Shown here one piece after another: positions 57,501 through 64,000 of a stretch of DNA of 64,000 nt. The notes beneath the pieces were generated by a model. It searched no databases and was not told the DNA's origin. It saw only the letters and a program-made list of their open reading frames with translations. Source of the stretch: an uncultured Bdellovibrionales bacterium. GTDB lineage: Bacteria; Patescibacteriota; Minisyncoccia; Moranbacterales; UBA1568. A program made the position numbers and the translations under genes. Location of the stretch: positions 50,111-114,110 of the forward strand of contig CAZIZG010000002.1 of NCBI GenBank assembly GCA_964543815.1, written 5' to 3'. Every line of letters begins with the position of its first letter. Position 1 is the first letter of the stretch.

Positions 57501-58114
57501 ACCTCAGACAAAATCTGATAGGAACGCACGTTCTTGATATCCTCTTTGGTATCACGATACTGGGCTTTCAATTCTTCGAGATCTTCCTCAAGTTTTTTCT
57601 CGTTCTTCTCTGCTGCCTTCATTTCCTTCTGCTTGCTCTTGTACTCCTTTTCGAGGGCATCAAGGGCTTGTTCCTTCAGCTTCTCATCCACACTCATGAT
57701 GATGTACGAGGAGAAATAGATAACACGCTCGAGATCCTGCGGGGAAATACCGAGGACGAGACCAATTTTAGACGGCACGCCACGGAGAAACCAGATATGA
57801 GAGACTGGTGTCGCGAGCTTGATATAGCCCATACGTTCCCGTCGCACGATAGCACGGGTGACCTCGACACCACACTTGTCACACACGATGCCGTTGTAAC
57901 GAATCCGCTTATATTTGCCACAATAACACTCCCAATCCTTGGAAGGACCGAAAATCTTTTCGCAGAACAAACCATCTGGTTCGTAACGCTGAGTGCGATA
58001 GTTGATGGTTTCCGGCTTGGTCACTTCGCCGTTCGACCAATCAAGAATCTGATCAGGGCTGGCGAGAGTCAGTCTCACGCTGTCGAAATCGCTTACCTTG
58101 GTAATGTTTTCCAT
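54518..58114 (-). CDS. rpoC: DNA-directed RNA polymerase subunit beta'
   Basis: Contains a zinc finger (CYCGKYKRIRYNGIVCDKCGVE) and NADFDGD (catalytic), 1198 aa. Confidence 0.98.
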   Translation of the reverse strand: MENITKVSDFDSVRLTLASPDQILDWSNGEVTKPETINYRTQRYEPDGLFCEKIFGPSKDWECYCGKYKRIRYNGIVCDKCGVEVTRAIVRRERMGYIKLATPVSHIWFLRGVPSKIGLVLGISPQDLERVIYFSSYIIMSVDEKLKEQALDALEKEYKSKQKEMKAAEKNEKKLEEDLEELKAQYRDTKEDIKNVRSYQILSEVEYFNLSSRFGQIFTAGIGAEAIRKILEKIDIPSQVKVLKEELSTDESVDQKKLLQRLKVYQGFEKANLRLEWMLPTAIPVIPPDLRPMVALDGGRFATSDLNDLYRRIINRNNRLKKLMSIGAPEVITRNEKRMLQEAVDALFDNSARRGQASTAASTGQRRALRSLADALKGKQGRFRQNLLGKRVDYSGRSVIVVGPKLKLHQCGLPKKMALELFKPFIINKLIAKEYAHNVRTAGRMVDAETEEAYEILDEIIEHHYVLLNRAPTLHRLSIQAFQPVLIEGKAIRLHPMVCSAFNADFDGDQMAVHVPLTDQARHESATIMLSSKNLLKPASGEPIVSATLDMVLGAYYLTHMKTGQKGEGKAFGTMDEAILAYQNGIVAVNAKVKLSFQGTIIETSVGRILLNDILPESLRFVNEEMTKKDLKVLMSRILETLGQDKAATFADRMKDLTFKASSRSAISWGMNDLIVPKEKKDLMAAAEVRISEVKDQYNMGLLTNEERKNRVIEIWNETKNKITDAVRANLDKEGPVHAMIYSKARGSESVVVQMTGMKGLMAGPTGETIELPVKSSFKEGFNVLEYFISTHGARKGMADTALRTATAGYLTRRLVDVSQDIIVREEDCQDTEGTYLYRADSDAIGQNYGSRIEGRVTVEAIKDPETKEVLVKKGVLIDREQGKLVEAKKAIDKVKIRSLVACKSRRGVCRLCYGVDLGRSALVELGASVGVVAAQAIGEPGTQLTMRTFHVGGVAGSDITQGLPRVEEIFEARVPKTEAILSEVDGQVKSIARDSAKVVKIHVMDNDQKEHEYQVPQNVTLKVKEGDLVSVGTILSEGHLDLRKLFTVMGQEAVHRYIIREIEEIYATQGEAINDKHIEVIIRQMLSRIRVTDPGDTLLLPGDIVEKDQFLEANEEALGKKGREAVGESMVLGITKVALSTESFLSAASFMETARVLINAAVAGKEDRLRGLKENVIIGRLIPAGTGYRGLDVQKNA

Positions 58115-58147
58115 AGTTTTGAATTGAAACGAGTGATTGAAAGTGAG

Positions 58148-61100
58148 TTAGACGGTTTCGACATCGGCCACTTCGGTCACGTCGTCGTCCTCTGTCCGAG
58201 CTCCCTTCAATTCGACATTGAGACAGAGACCCTTCAGTTCGTTTACCAATACATGAAAACTTGCTGGCAGGTTCGGACTCTTAATTGGCTCGCCCTTGAT
58301 GATCGACTCATACGCCTTGGAACGACCCAAGACATCATCGGACTTAATTGTGAGCATTTCTTGCAATGTATACGCGGCGCCATACCCTTCAAGGGCCCAT
58401 ACTTCCATTTCACCGAAGCGCTGTCCACCGAACTGTGCCTTACCGCCAAGCGGCTGCTGAGTAATGAGTGAGTAGGGCCCGATGGAACGCATGTGGAGCT
58501 TGTCTTCAATCAAGTGATTGAGTTTCATGATGTACATGACACCCACTGTTGATTCATTATCAAACGGTTCACCACTCTTACCATCAACGAGACGAATCTT
58601 GCCGTTCTCTGGGAGACCGGCTTTCTTCAGTTCCTCACGGATATCTCCTTCAGAAACACCATCGAGAGCTACCGAAGCTACCTTATACCCTTGTTTCAAG
58701 GCCGCCCAGCCCAAATGAGTTTCAAGAATCTGGCCAATGTTCATACGAGAAGCGATACCCAGGGGATTGAGAATCACATCAACCGGAGTACCATCAGGCA
58801 GATACGGCATATCCTCAGCTGGCGCCACCATTGAGATAACACCCTTGTTACCGTGTCGTCCGGCAAGCTTGTCACCCACCGAAATCTTACGCATCTGAGC
58901 GACCGATACCTGAATCTGTTCAAACACACCCATCGGGAGCTTGTCGCCACGTTCTCGGGAGAACACCTTCACATCAACCACTTTACCGTGCTCGCCGTGC
59001 GGAAGGTAGAGTGAGGAGTCCTTCACATCACGCGACTTCTCACCGAAGATAACACGGAGCAATCGTTCTTCAGCAGTCAAATCACCTTCACCTTTCGGAG
59101 TAATCTTTCCGACCAAAATATCACCGGAAGAAACTTCGGCACCAATACGGATGATACCACTCTCATCAAGATTTTTGAGGCGGTCCTCACCGATGTTAGG
59201 GATATCTCGAGTTACCACTTCCGGTCCAAGCTTCGTATCACGTACATCGATGGAGAAATCCTCGATATGAATAGAGCTCCAGCGATCCTGCTGAACAATG
59301 CGCTCAGAAACGACGATGGCATCTTCGTAGCTAAATCCTTCCCAAGAAACGAAGGCAACCACCATATTCTGACCGAGGGCCAACTCACCATGATCAGTTG
59401 AGGCACCATCAGCCAGGAGATCACCCTCCTTAACCATTTCTCCCTTAAGCACACGCGGCACCTGGTTCATGGAGGTAAACGCGTTACTCTTTTCAAAACT
59501 CTGGAGGAGATACTCGGTATCGATATAATCCTTTTTGGCACCAGCCGGGGCTGCTGAACGAACAACAATGCGATTGGCATCAGAAGCGATAACTTCACCA
59601 GCCTGAAGCGCGAGCACTACCTGGCCAGAATCACGAGCAGCTTTGTCTTCAATCCCAGTACCAACAATCGGTGCCTGCGGAATAACACAAGAAACAGCCT
59701 GACGTTGCATGTTTGAGCCCATAAGAGCACGGTTGGCATCATCATGCTCGAGGAATGGAATGAGAGCCGTCGCAATAGAAATACACTGCTTGACCGAAAC
59801 ATCGATATAATCAAGCGCCTCCGCCTCGATAGTTTCTGGATGACCTTTTACACGAGCACCCACCATCTGCTCATTGATATTACGATGATCATCGAGTGAA
59901 ATACGAGCATGAGCGATAATTTTTCGATCCTCTACGATAGCATTCAAATACTCAATATCGAGAGTCACAAATGGTTTCACTTTAACCATCTCCCCCTTCT
60001 TTTCTTTGGCTATTTTTTCAGCCATTTCAGTAGTCAGCTTCTCACCTGCCTTGTAACCAGCTACTGCTTCACGCAAAATGCGGTTTTCCAATTCCTCCTT
60101 CTTAGCTGCCACTTCCTTTTTCACCGCAAGGTATGGCGTTTCGAGAAAGCCGTATTCATTGACCCGAGCATAGCTCGCGAGGTGTCCCACGAGACCAATG
60201 TTTGGACCTTCCGGTGTTTCAATTGGACAGATGCGACCATAGTGACTGTGATGCACATCACGAACTTCGAAACCAGCACGCTCACGAGTGAGACCACCAG
60301 GACCCATCGCTGAGAGGCGACGCTTGTGTTCGAGCTCTGCAAGCGGGTTCACCTGATCCATGAACTGCGACAGCTGTGAACTTGAGAAAAATTCTTTGAC
60401 CGATGCGGCTACTGGACGCGGGTTAATCAGCTGTCCCGGGACGACTGTATCAGGGTCACAGGTACTCATGCGATCCTTGATGTTCCGTACCATACGGTAC
60501 ATACCAACACGAAGTTTGTTCTGGATGAGTTCGCCAACGGCACGCACCCGACGATTCCCGAGATGGTCGATGTCATCAGCCTTGGCTTCCGGATCATTGT
60601 TGAGACGAATAACCTCCTGAACGATGAGAATCAAATCATCTGTGTTCAAGATACGGTTTTCCTCAGTGTCGGCCCGTTCGATAGAGAGACGCTGATTCAA
60701 ACGATAGCGTCCGACGGAACCGAAGTCATAGCGCTCAAAGTTGAAAAACATGGCGTCAATCATCTGCTTGGCATTCTCTTCAGTAGCCAAATCACCTGGA
60801 CGAAGGCGCTTATAGACTTCCCGATAGGCTTCACCTTGATTATGCGAAGGATCCTTTAAAAGAGTGTTCTCAATAAATTTGTTGTCACCCTGATCAGTGT
60901 CGGTAAATTCAGCCCGCAATCGCTTCTCATCAAAACCAAAGGCCTTGAAAAGCGCCGTGATAGGCAGCTTACGCTTGCGATCAATTTTCACAGAAATTAC
61001 TCCGTCGAGGTCAGTTTCAATCTCGAGCCAGGCACCACGATTCGGAATAATTTTAGCCCCAAAAAGCTTCTTCCCCTTCTGATAATCCATGGTGAAGAAC

Positions 61101-61558
61101 ACGCCTGGAGAGCGAATAAGCTGAGAGACAACAACGCGCTCCACTCCGTTGATAATAAACGTACCGCGCTCCGTCATGATGGGGAAATCACCGAGGTAAA
61201 TTTCCTGTTCCTTGACCTCGCCGGTCTTTTTCATGAGGAGCGTCGCCTTGGCACGGAGTGGTGCCTCATAGGAAATATTCTTATTCTTAGCAATAAGAGC
61301 TGGGTACTTCGGCTCATCAAGGTAGTAATCTGTAATCGTCAATTCCAAATCCTTGCTCGTAAAATCAGCAATAGGATTAATTTCAGAGAAAAGCTCCTTA
61401 AGACCCTTATCCCAAAACCACTGGTAAGAGTCCTTTTGTACCTCAATAAGGTCAGGAAGTGATACCGTTATACGATTATTGAAAAACCGACGCTTCGAGA
61501 GGGATGATTCCTTCCCAAAACTTTCTTTCACTCGCAATGCTTTCTCTGCTTTGGACAT
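58148..61558 (-). CDS. rpoB: DNA-directed RNA polymerase subunit beta
   Basis: 1136 aa with conserved beta-subunit blocks (…GQRFGEMEVWALEGYGAAYTLQE…). Confidence 0.98.
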   Translation of the reverse strand: MSKAEKALRVKESFGKESSLSKRRFFNNRITVSLPDLIEVQKDSYQWFWDKGLKELFSEINPIADFTSKDLELTITDYYLDEPKYPALIAKNKNISYEAPLRAKATLLMKKTGEVKEQEIYLGDFPIMTERGTFIINGVERVVVSQLIRSPGVFFTMDYQKGKKLFGAKIIPNRGAWLEIETDLDGVISVKIDRKRKLPITALFKAFGFDEKRLRAEFTDTDQGDNKFIENTLLKDPSHNQGEAYREVYKRLRPGDLATEENAKQMIDAMFFNFERYDFGSVGRYRLNQRLSIERADTEENRILNTDDLILIVQEVIRLNNDPEAKADDIDHLGNRRVRAVGELIQNKLRVGMYRMVRNIKDRMSTCDPDTVVPGQLINPRPVAASVKEFFSSSQLSQFMDQVNPLAELEHKRRLSAMGPGGLTRERAGFEVRDVHHSHYGRICPIETPEGPNIGLVGHLASYARVNEYGFLETPYLAVKKEVAAKKEELENRILREAVAGYKAGEKLTTEMAEKIAKEKKGEMVKVKPFVTLDIEYLNAIVEDRKIIAHARISLDDHRNINEQMVGARVKGHPETIEAEALDYIDVSVKQCISIATALIPFLEHDDANRALMGSNMQRQAVSCVIPQAPIVGTGIEDKAARDSGQVVLALQAGEVIASDANRIVVRSAAPAGAKKDYIDTEYLLQSFEKSNAFTSMNQVPRVLKGEMVKEGDLLADGASTDHGELALGQNMVVAFVSWEGFSYEDAIVVSERIVQQDRWSSIHIEDFSIDVRDTKLGPEVVTRDIPNIGEDRLKNLDESGIIRIGAEVSSGDILVGKITPKGEGDLTAEERLLRVIFGEKSRDVKDSSLYLPHGEHGKVVDVKVFSRERGDKLPMGVFEQIQVSVAQMRKISVGDKLAGRHGNKGVISMVAPAEDMPYLPDGTPVDVILNPLGIASRMNIGQILETHLGWAALKQGYKVASVALDGVSEGDIREELKKAGLPENGKIRLVDGKSGEPFDNESTVGVMYIMKLNHLIEDKLHMRSIGPYSLITQQPLGGKAQFGGQRFGEMEVWALEGYGAAYTLQEMLTIKSDDVLGRSKAYESIIKGEPIKSPNLPASFHVLVNELKGLCLNVELKGARTEDDDVTEVADVETV

Positions 61559-61783
61559 AAAAAGGCACTCATGGGCGCTCTCCTTGTTAGAACAAGTAGG
61601 GCCGATGAGATTATCGGATAAACTATTGGATTATGGATAGGAGGTGGATCCGCTCCATTGGGTTGGAAAATGTTAGCTTTGCTTTCAGCGCAACCATTTC
61701 CTTCTCGGTCTCGCCATAGACCTTGCACCCAAAGGCGATTCGAGGCTAGAAAAGTCAGTCACTTTTTCTCCACAGTACGACTC

Positions 61784-61812
61784 AGTGTAACAATCTTTAT
61801 TTTTTCTGTCAA
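61784..61812 (-). promoter_or_regulatory. Sigma70-type promoter for rpoBC (TTGACA-17nt-TACACT)
   Basis: Minus strand reads TTGACAgaaaaaataaagattgtTACACT, about 225 nt upstream of the rpoB ATG. Confidence 0.5.
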
Positions 61813-61913
61813 ATAGAAACCAAAAAACGGCTCAAAATAGGCCCTTGTTACGAAAAATATTGGTTTTGGCTCCACAAGGTACTTCACATGGGGTAATACC
61901 ATCTCCTGAAAAA

Positions 61914-62198
61914 TCAGGAGGATTCCTTCTGCTTCACACCAAAAGCATACACCTTTTTTACCGTTTCAGCAATGCGAGTCGAGGTATATACATCGGGAAG
62001 CTCTGATTCTACCACTACTTCAGCAATCTCATCTGGTTTTAGCTGATACTCTTTCAAAATTTCAGTTATCCCCCCAAAAACCTGCTGACCCATATCGCGT
62101 GCTTCCGGCCATTGACGAATGGCTAGACACTCCCCATCTCGCAGTAGCGCTAGAGATGAGGTTGCCTTTTTTAGTTGAAGCTTTAATACGTAAGACAT
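61914..62198 (-). CDS. TsaB/YeaZ-like N-terminal domain protein (truncated; GPGSFTG motif degenerate)
   Basis: 94 aa aligning to the N-terminal half of TsaB (…ALLRDGECLAIRQW…ARD…), but with …ELPDVYTSTRIAE… where …GRGPGSFTGVRIG… would be. Confidence 0.4.
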   Translation of the reverse strand: MSYVLKLQLKKATSSLALLRDGECLAIRQWPEARDMGQQVFGGITEILKEYQLKPDEIAEVVVESELPDVYTSTRIAETVKKVYAFGVKQKESS

Positions 62199-62207
62199 AA
62201 GTAGAGG

Positions 62208-62948
62208 TTAGTGTAGCTGTTTCCAGTCAAAGTTCCAAGGATCGGTCTTGCGATCCGGCGCGATATCGCTGTGGCCCACAACAGACTTGATACCGTACTT
62301 CTTCTTAAAGAACGACACAAGCGCATTGACGGCTTCATACTGGGCCTTCGTAAAATTCGCATCCTCCTTATTCATTATCTCAATACCAATGGAAAAATCA
62401 TTCACGCCCTTGCGACCATCCGGCATCTTACTCACTCCGGCATGATAAGCAATGTTTTGATCCTCTACCAGCTGATAGATGGTGCCATCACGAGCGATGA
62501 GATAATGAGCGCTCACCCCGTATCCCTCATAAATCTGAACGATTTTTTCCACTGAATACGGGTCGCTGCCGTTGGGATTATAGGACGAATGAAGCACAAT
62601 CGTATCAATAGTTCGGGATTTCTTTGAAACAGAAAAGCCACTATTCATGAGACGTCGTGATATCGCTGGACCACCTTCTACTTTCTCCGGTATCGCCTCT
62701 ACATCGGCAATTTTGCTTGTTTCTGTTTCAATCTCAAGCACCGCCATCTCTTCTTGGGCCCGATTCTCGGCCGTATCTTTAATCGTGTTGGCCTCTGATT
62801 TTAATTGCTCATACCGCCCCAATCCTGATGTCTCAGGCACGGAATGAGAATTAGTAAAGTTCATCGTCGAATGAGAAACACTGAAAAAATAGTACCCAGC
62901 ACCGAGTACCATAATACCCAACGTCACAAGAAGCCCAAATAGTCCCAT
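62208..62948 (-). CDS. N-acetylmuramoyl-L-alanine amidase (Amidase_2/PGRP fold) with an N-terminal membrane anchor
   Basis: Contains …HYLIARDGTIYQLV…AYHAG…FSIGIE…GHSDI…. Start set at the internal Met (62948), because the longer ORF-track start would overlap the neighbouring terminator hairpin. Confidence 0.8.
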   Translation of the reverse strand: MGLFGLLVTLGIMVLGAGYYFFSVSHSTMNFTNSHSVPETSGLGRYEQLKSEANTIKDTAENRAQEEMAVLEIETETSKIADVEAIPEKVEGGPAISRRLMNSGFSVSKKSRTIDTIVLHSSYNPNGSDPYSVEKIVQIYEGYGVSAHYLIARDGTIYQLVEDQNIAYHAGVSKMPDGRKGVNDFSIGIEIMNKEDANFTKAQYEAVNALVSFFKKKYGIKSVVGHSDIAPDRKTDPWNFDWKQLH

Positions 62949-62980
62949 ATATTTCAAGTATACACCTGCTCCCCGAAGGA

Positions 62981-63007
62981 CCAAAAAGCCCGGCATTGAT
63001 GCCGGGC
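62981..63007 (-). terminator. Intrinsic terminator after the ElaB/YqjD-like gene
   Basis: Minus strand reads GCCCGGCA-ucaa-UGCCGGGC followed by UUUUUGGUCC. Confidence 0.6.
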
Positions 63008-63035
63008 CATGTTTTCTCCTCTAAGAAAAAAGTGT

Positions 63036-63293
63036 CTATTTCTTCTTGCTCTTTTTTCCAGAACTCATGAGCAGTGCAGCAGCCGCGCCCAAAGCAGCAC
63101 CAATACCAGCTGCTACAATAGCTGCCTTCTCCGGATTCTTCTTAACATAGCTCTCAACTGTTGAATATGTGCTCTCAAGCTGCTTCTTCACCTTGGCTAC
63201 CTCCTTTTCGGCCAACACTTTACTCTTGTCTATCTGGGCTACTACTTTATCTTTCAGAGCCTCCGCCAATGCTACCGTTTGCTTCTTTGCCAT
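63036..63293 (-). CDS. ElaB/YqjD-family (DUF883) C-terminally membrane-anchored protein
   Basis: 85 aa: helical N-part, then …KNPEKAAIVAAGIGAALGAAAALLM… TM anchor and KK tail, as in YqjD/ElaB. Confidence 0.6.
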   Translation of the reverse strand: MAKKQTVALAEALKDKVVAQIDKSKVLAEKEVAKVKKQLESTYSTVESYVKKNPEKAAIVAAGIGAALGAAAALLMSSGKKSKKK

Positions 63294-63317
63294 ACACTTT
63301 ACCGTAATGTTATTTAA

Positions 63318-63656
63318 TTATTCACGATTGGAAACCATTGAGAGTAAAAGCGCTACCGACCCCATGATGATGCCTACCACTATTTCTCCCAGTCCAGGAA
63401 GCTGGTAGGCCGCATCCAAAATCCTCGCCAAGCCAACCAGAAAAAAGAGTACGCCAAGAAAAAAGAATGCCACCAGAATAATACGACGAAGGAGTACCTG
63501 CACATAACGTTCCACACCGTGCCTTGCGCTCTGCATTACTCCCTGAGCAATCCCCTGCATGCCACCCAAAACATATTCCACTGCCCCTCCCAATGATCCA
63601 AGGGCACTATCACTCTTTTTAGTTCTCGCTGATTCTGTTTTCTTTTTTTCTGTCAT
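63318..63656 (-). CDS. YqjE-like (DUF1469 / phage_holin_3_6-family) membrane protein
   Basis: 112 aa with two TM helices, adjacent to the YqjD-like gene as in the yqjD-yqjE pair. Confidence 0.5.
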   Translation of the reverse strand: MTEKKKTESARTKKSDSALGSLGGAVEYVLGGMQGIAQGVMQSARHGVERYVQVLLRRIILVAFFFLGVLFFLVGLARILDAAYQLPGLGEIVVGIIMGSVALLLSMVSNRE

Positions 63657-63699
63657 AATTTTATGTTCGTATTTATTATAGCATATTTTAAAACTATCG

Positions 63700-63727
63700 C
63701 ATCGACTTCTTCAGTCTATGCTATAAT
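63700..63727 (+). promoter_or_regulatory. Extended -10 promoter (TGcTATAAT) for the lamin-tail-domain gene
   Basis: The sequence tatgcTATAATaag lies 20 nt upstream of an AAAGGAA SD and the ATG at 63748. Confidence 0.45.
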
Positions 63728-63747
63728 AAGAACACTAAAAAAAGGAA

Positions 63748-64000
63748 ATGAAACCTGGTGTGTACCTCGGCGTGGGGGCGTTCGGGATTCTCTTTTTCTT
63801 ATTTTTTCCTTCTCGGTCCCAAGCGACCACTGATTTTTCTGTGATGTTCAGCGAGGTCTCTCTCGCTGGCGATTCAGCAAACGATGAGTTCATTGAACTC
63901 TACAATCCAAGTGACATCCCGCTTTCAATCGCTGGTTGGCAGCTTCGACGTCGCACGGAAAGCGGTACCGAAAGCTCAATTAAGGTCTTTGGTAAGGACG
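63748..64000 (+). CDS. Lamin-tail-domain (LTD) secreted protein, N-terminal part (runs off the window end)
   Basis: Starts MKPGVYLGVGAFGILFFLFFPSRSQA (signal peptide), followed by …DEFIELYNPSD…IAGWQLRRR…, the LTD signature. Confidence 0.6.
   Translation, partial: MKPGVYLGVGAFGILFFLFFPSRSQATTDFSVMFSEVSLAGDSANDEFIELYNPSDIPLSIAGWQLRRRTESGTESSIKVFGKD

Overview
Nearly all genes are on the minus strand and the content is mostly bacterial housekeeping. (1) Ribosomal protein super-operon: S5 (partial)-L18-L6-S8-S14Z-L5-L24-L14-S17-L29-L16-S3-L22-S19-L2-L23-L4-L3-S10, preceded by tuf, fusA, rpsG and rpsL, each unit with recognisable sigma70 promoters and intrinsic terminators. (2) An M50 site-2 protease, a tRNA-Pro(GGG) with unassigned structured GC-rich non-coding DNA on both sides, ndk, a ComEC split into two overlapping ORFs, nrdR, and an L,D-transpeptidase. 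(3) A compositionally foreign mosaic between the L,D-transpeptidase gene and ftsZ: a GC-rich CheY-like receiver plus a small unknown, and an AT-rich orphan gene. (4) ftsZ-ftsA, dgkA-ybeY-yqeY-rpsU, HIT, hisS, lepB, an LCP-family protein, pth, rplY, gyrB, efp, rpsR-ssb-rpsF. (5) A cell-envelope locus: paralogous secreted, C-terminally TM-anchored proteins, a roughly 1460-aa surface protein with a 273-bp tandem Fn3-like repeat and an internal second signal peptide, a GC-rich beta-propeller lipoprotein, a coiled-coil MltB-like lytic transglycosylase, and a GC-rich beta-carbonic-anhydrase-like gene. (6) recA, a RodZ-like protein and ftsK. (7) A three-gene unknown coiled-coil/amphipathic-helix module bounded by terminators and sitting immediately upstream of ftsK. 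(8) rpoC-rpoB with an unusual upstream neighbourhood: a TsaB-like fragment, an amidase, ElaB/YqjD-like and YqjE-like membrane proteins, and the start of a lamin-tail-domain protein. Long K/E-rich extensions on L22, S19, S6 and HisRS, weak Shine-Dalgarno usage on native genes, the split ComEC and the giant surface proteins suggest a small-genome Patescibacteria/CPR-like bacterium; this is inference only. The most unusual signals are a recurrent ~55-bp palindromic element that overlaps gene stop codons in promoter-proximal spacers, the structured non-coding DNA flanking the tRNA, the foreign GC-rich insertions, the surface-protein paralog cluster, and the uncharacterised three-gene module upstream of ftsK. 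No CRISPR array, rRNA or obvious mobile-element gene was seen.
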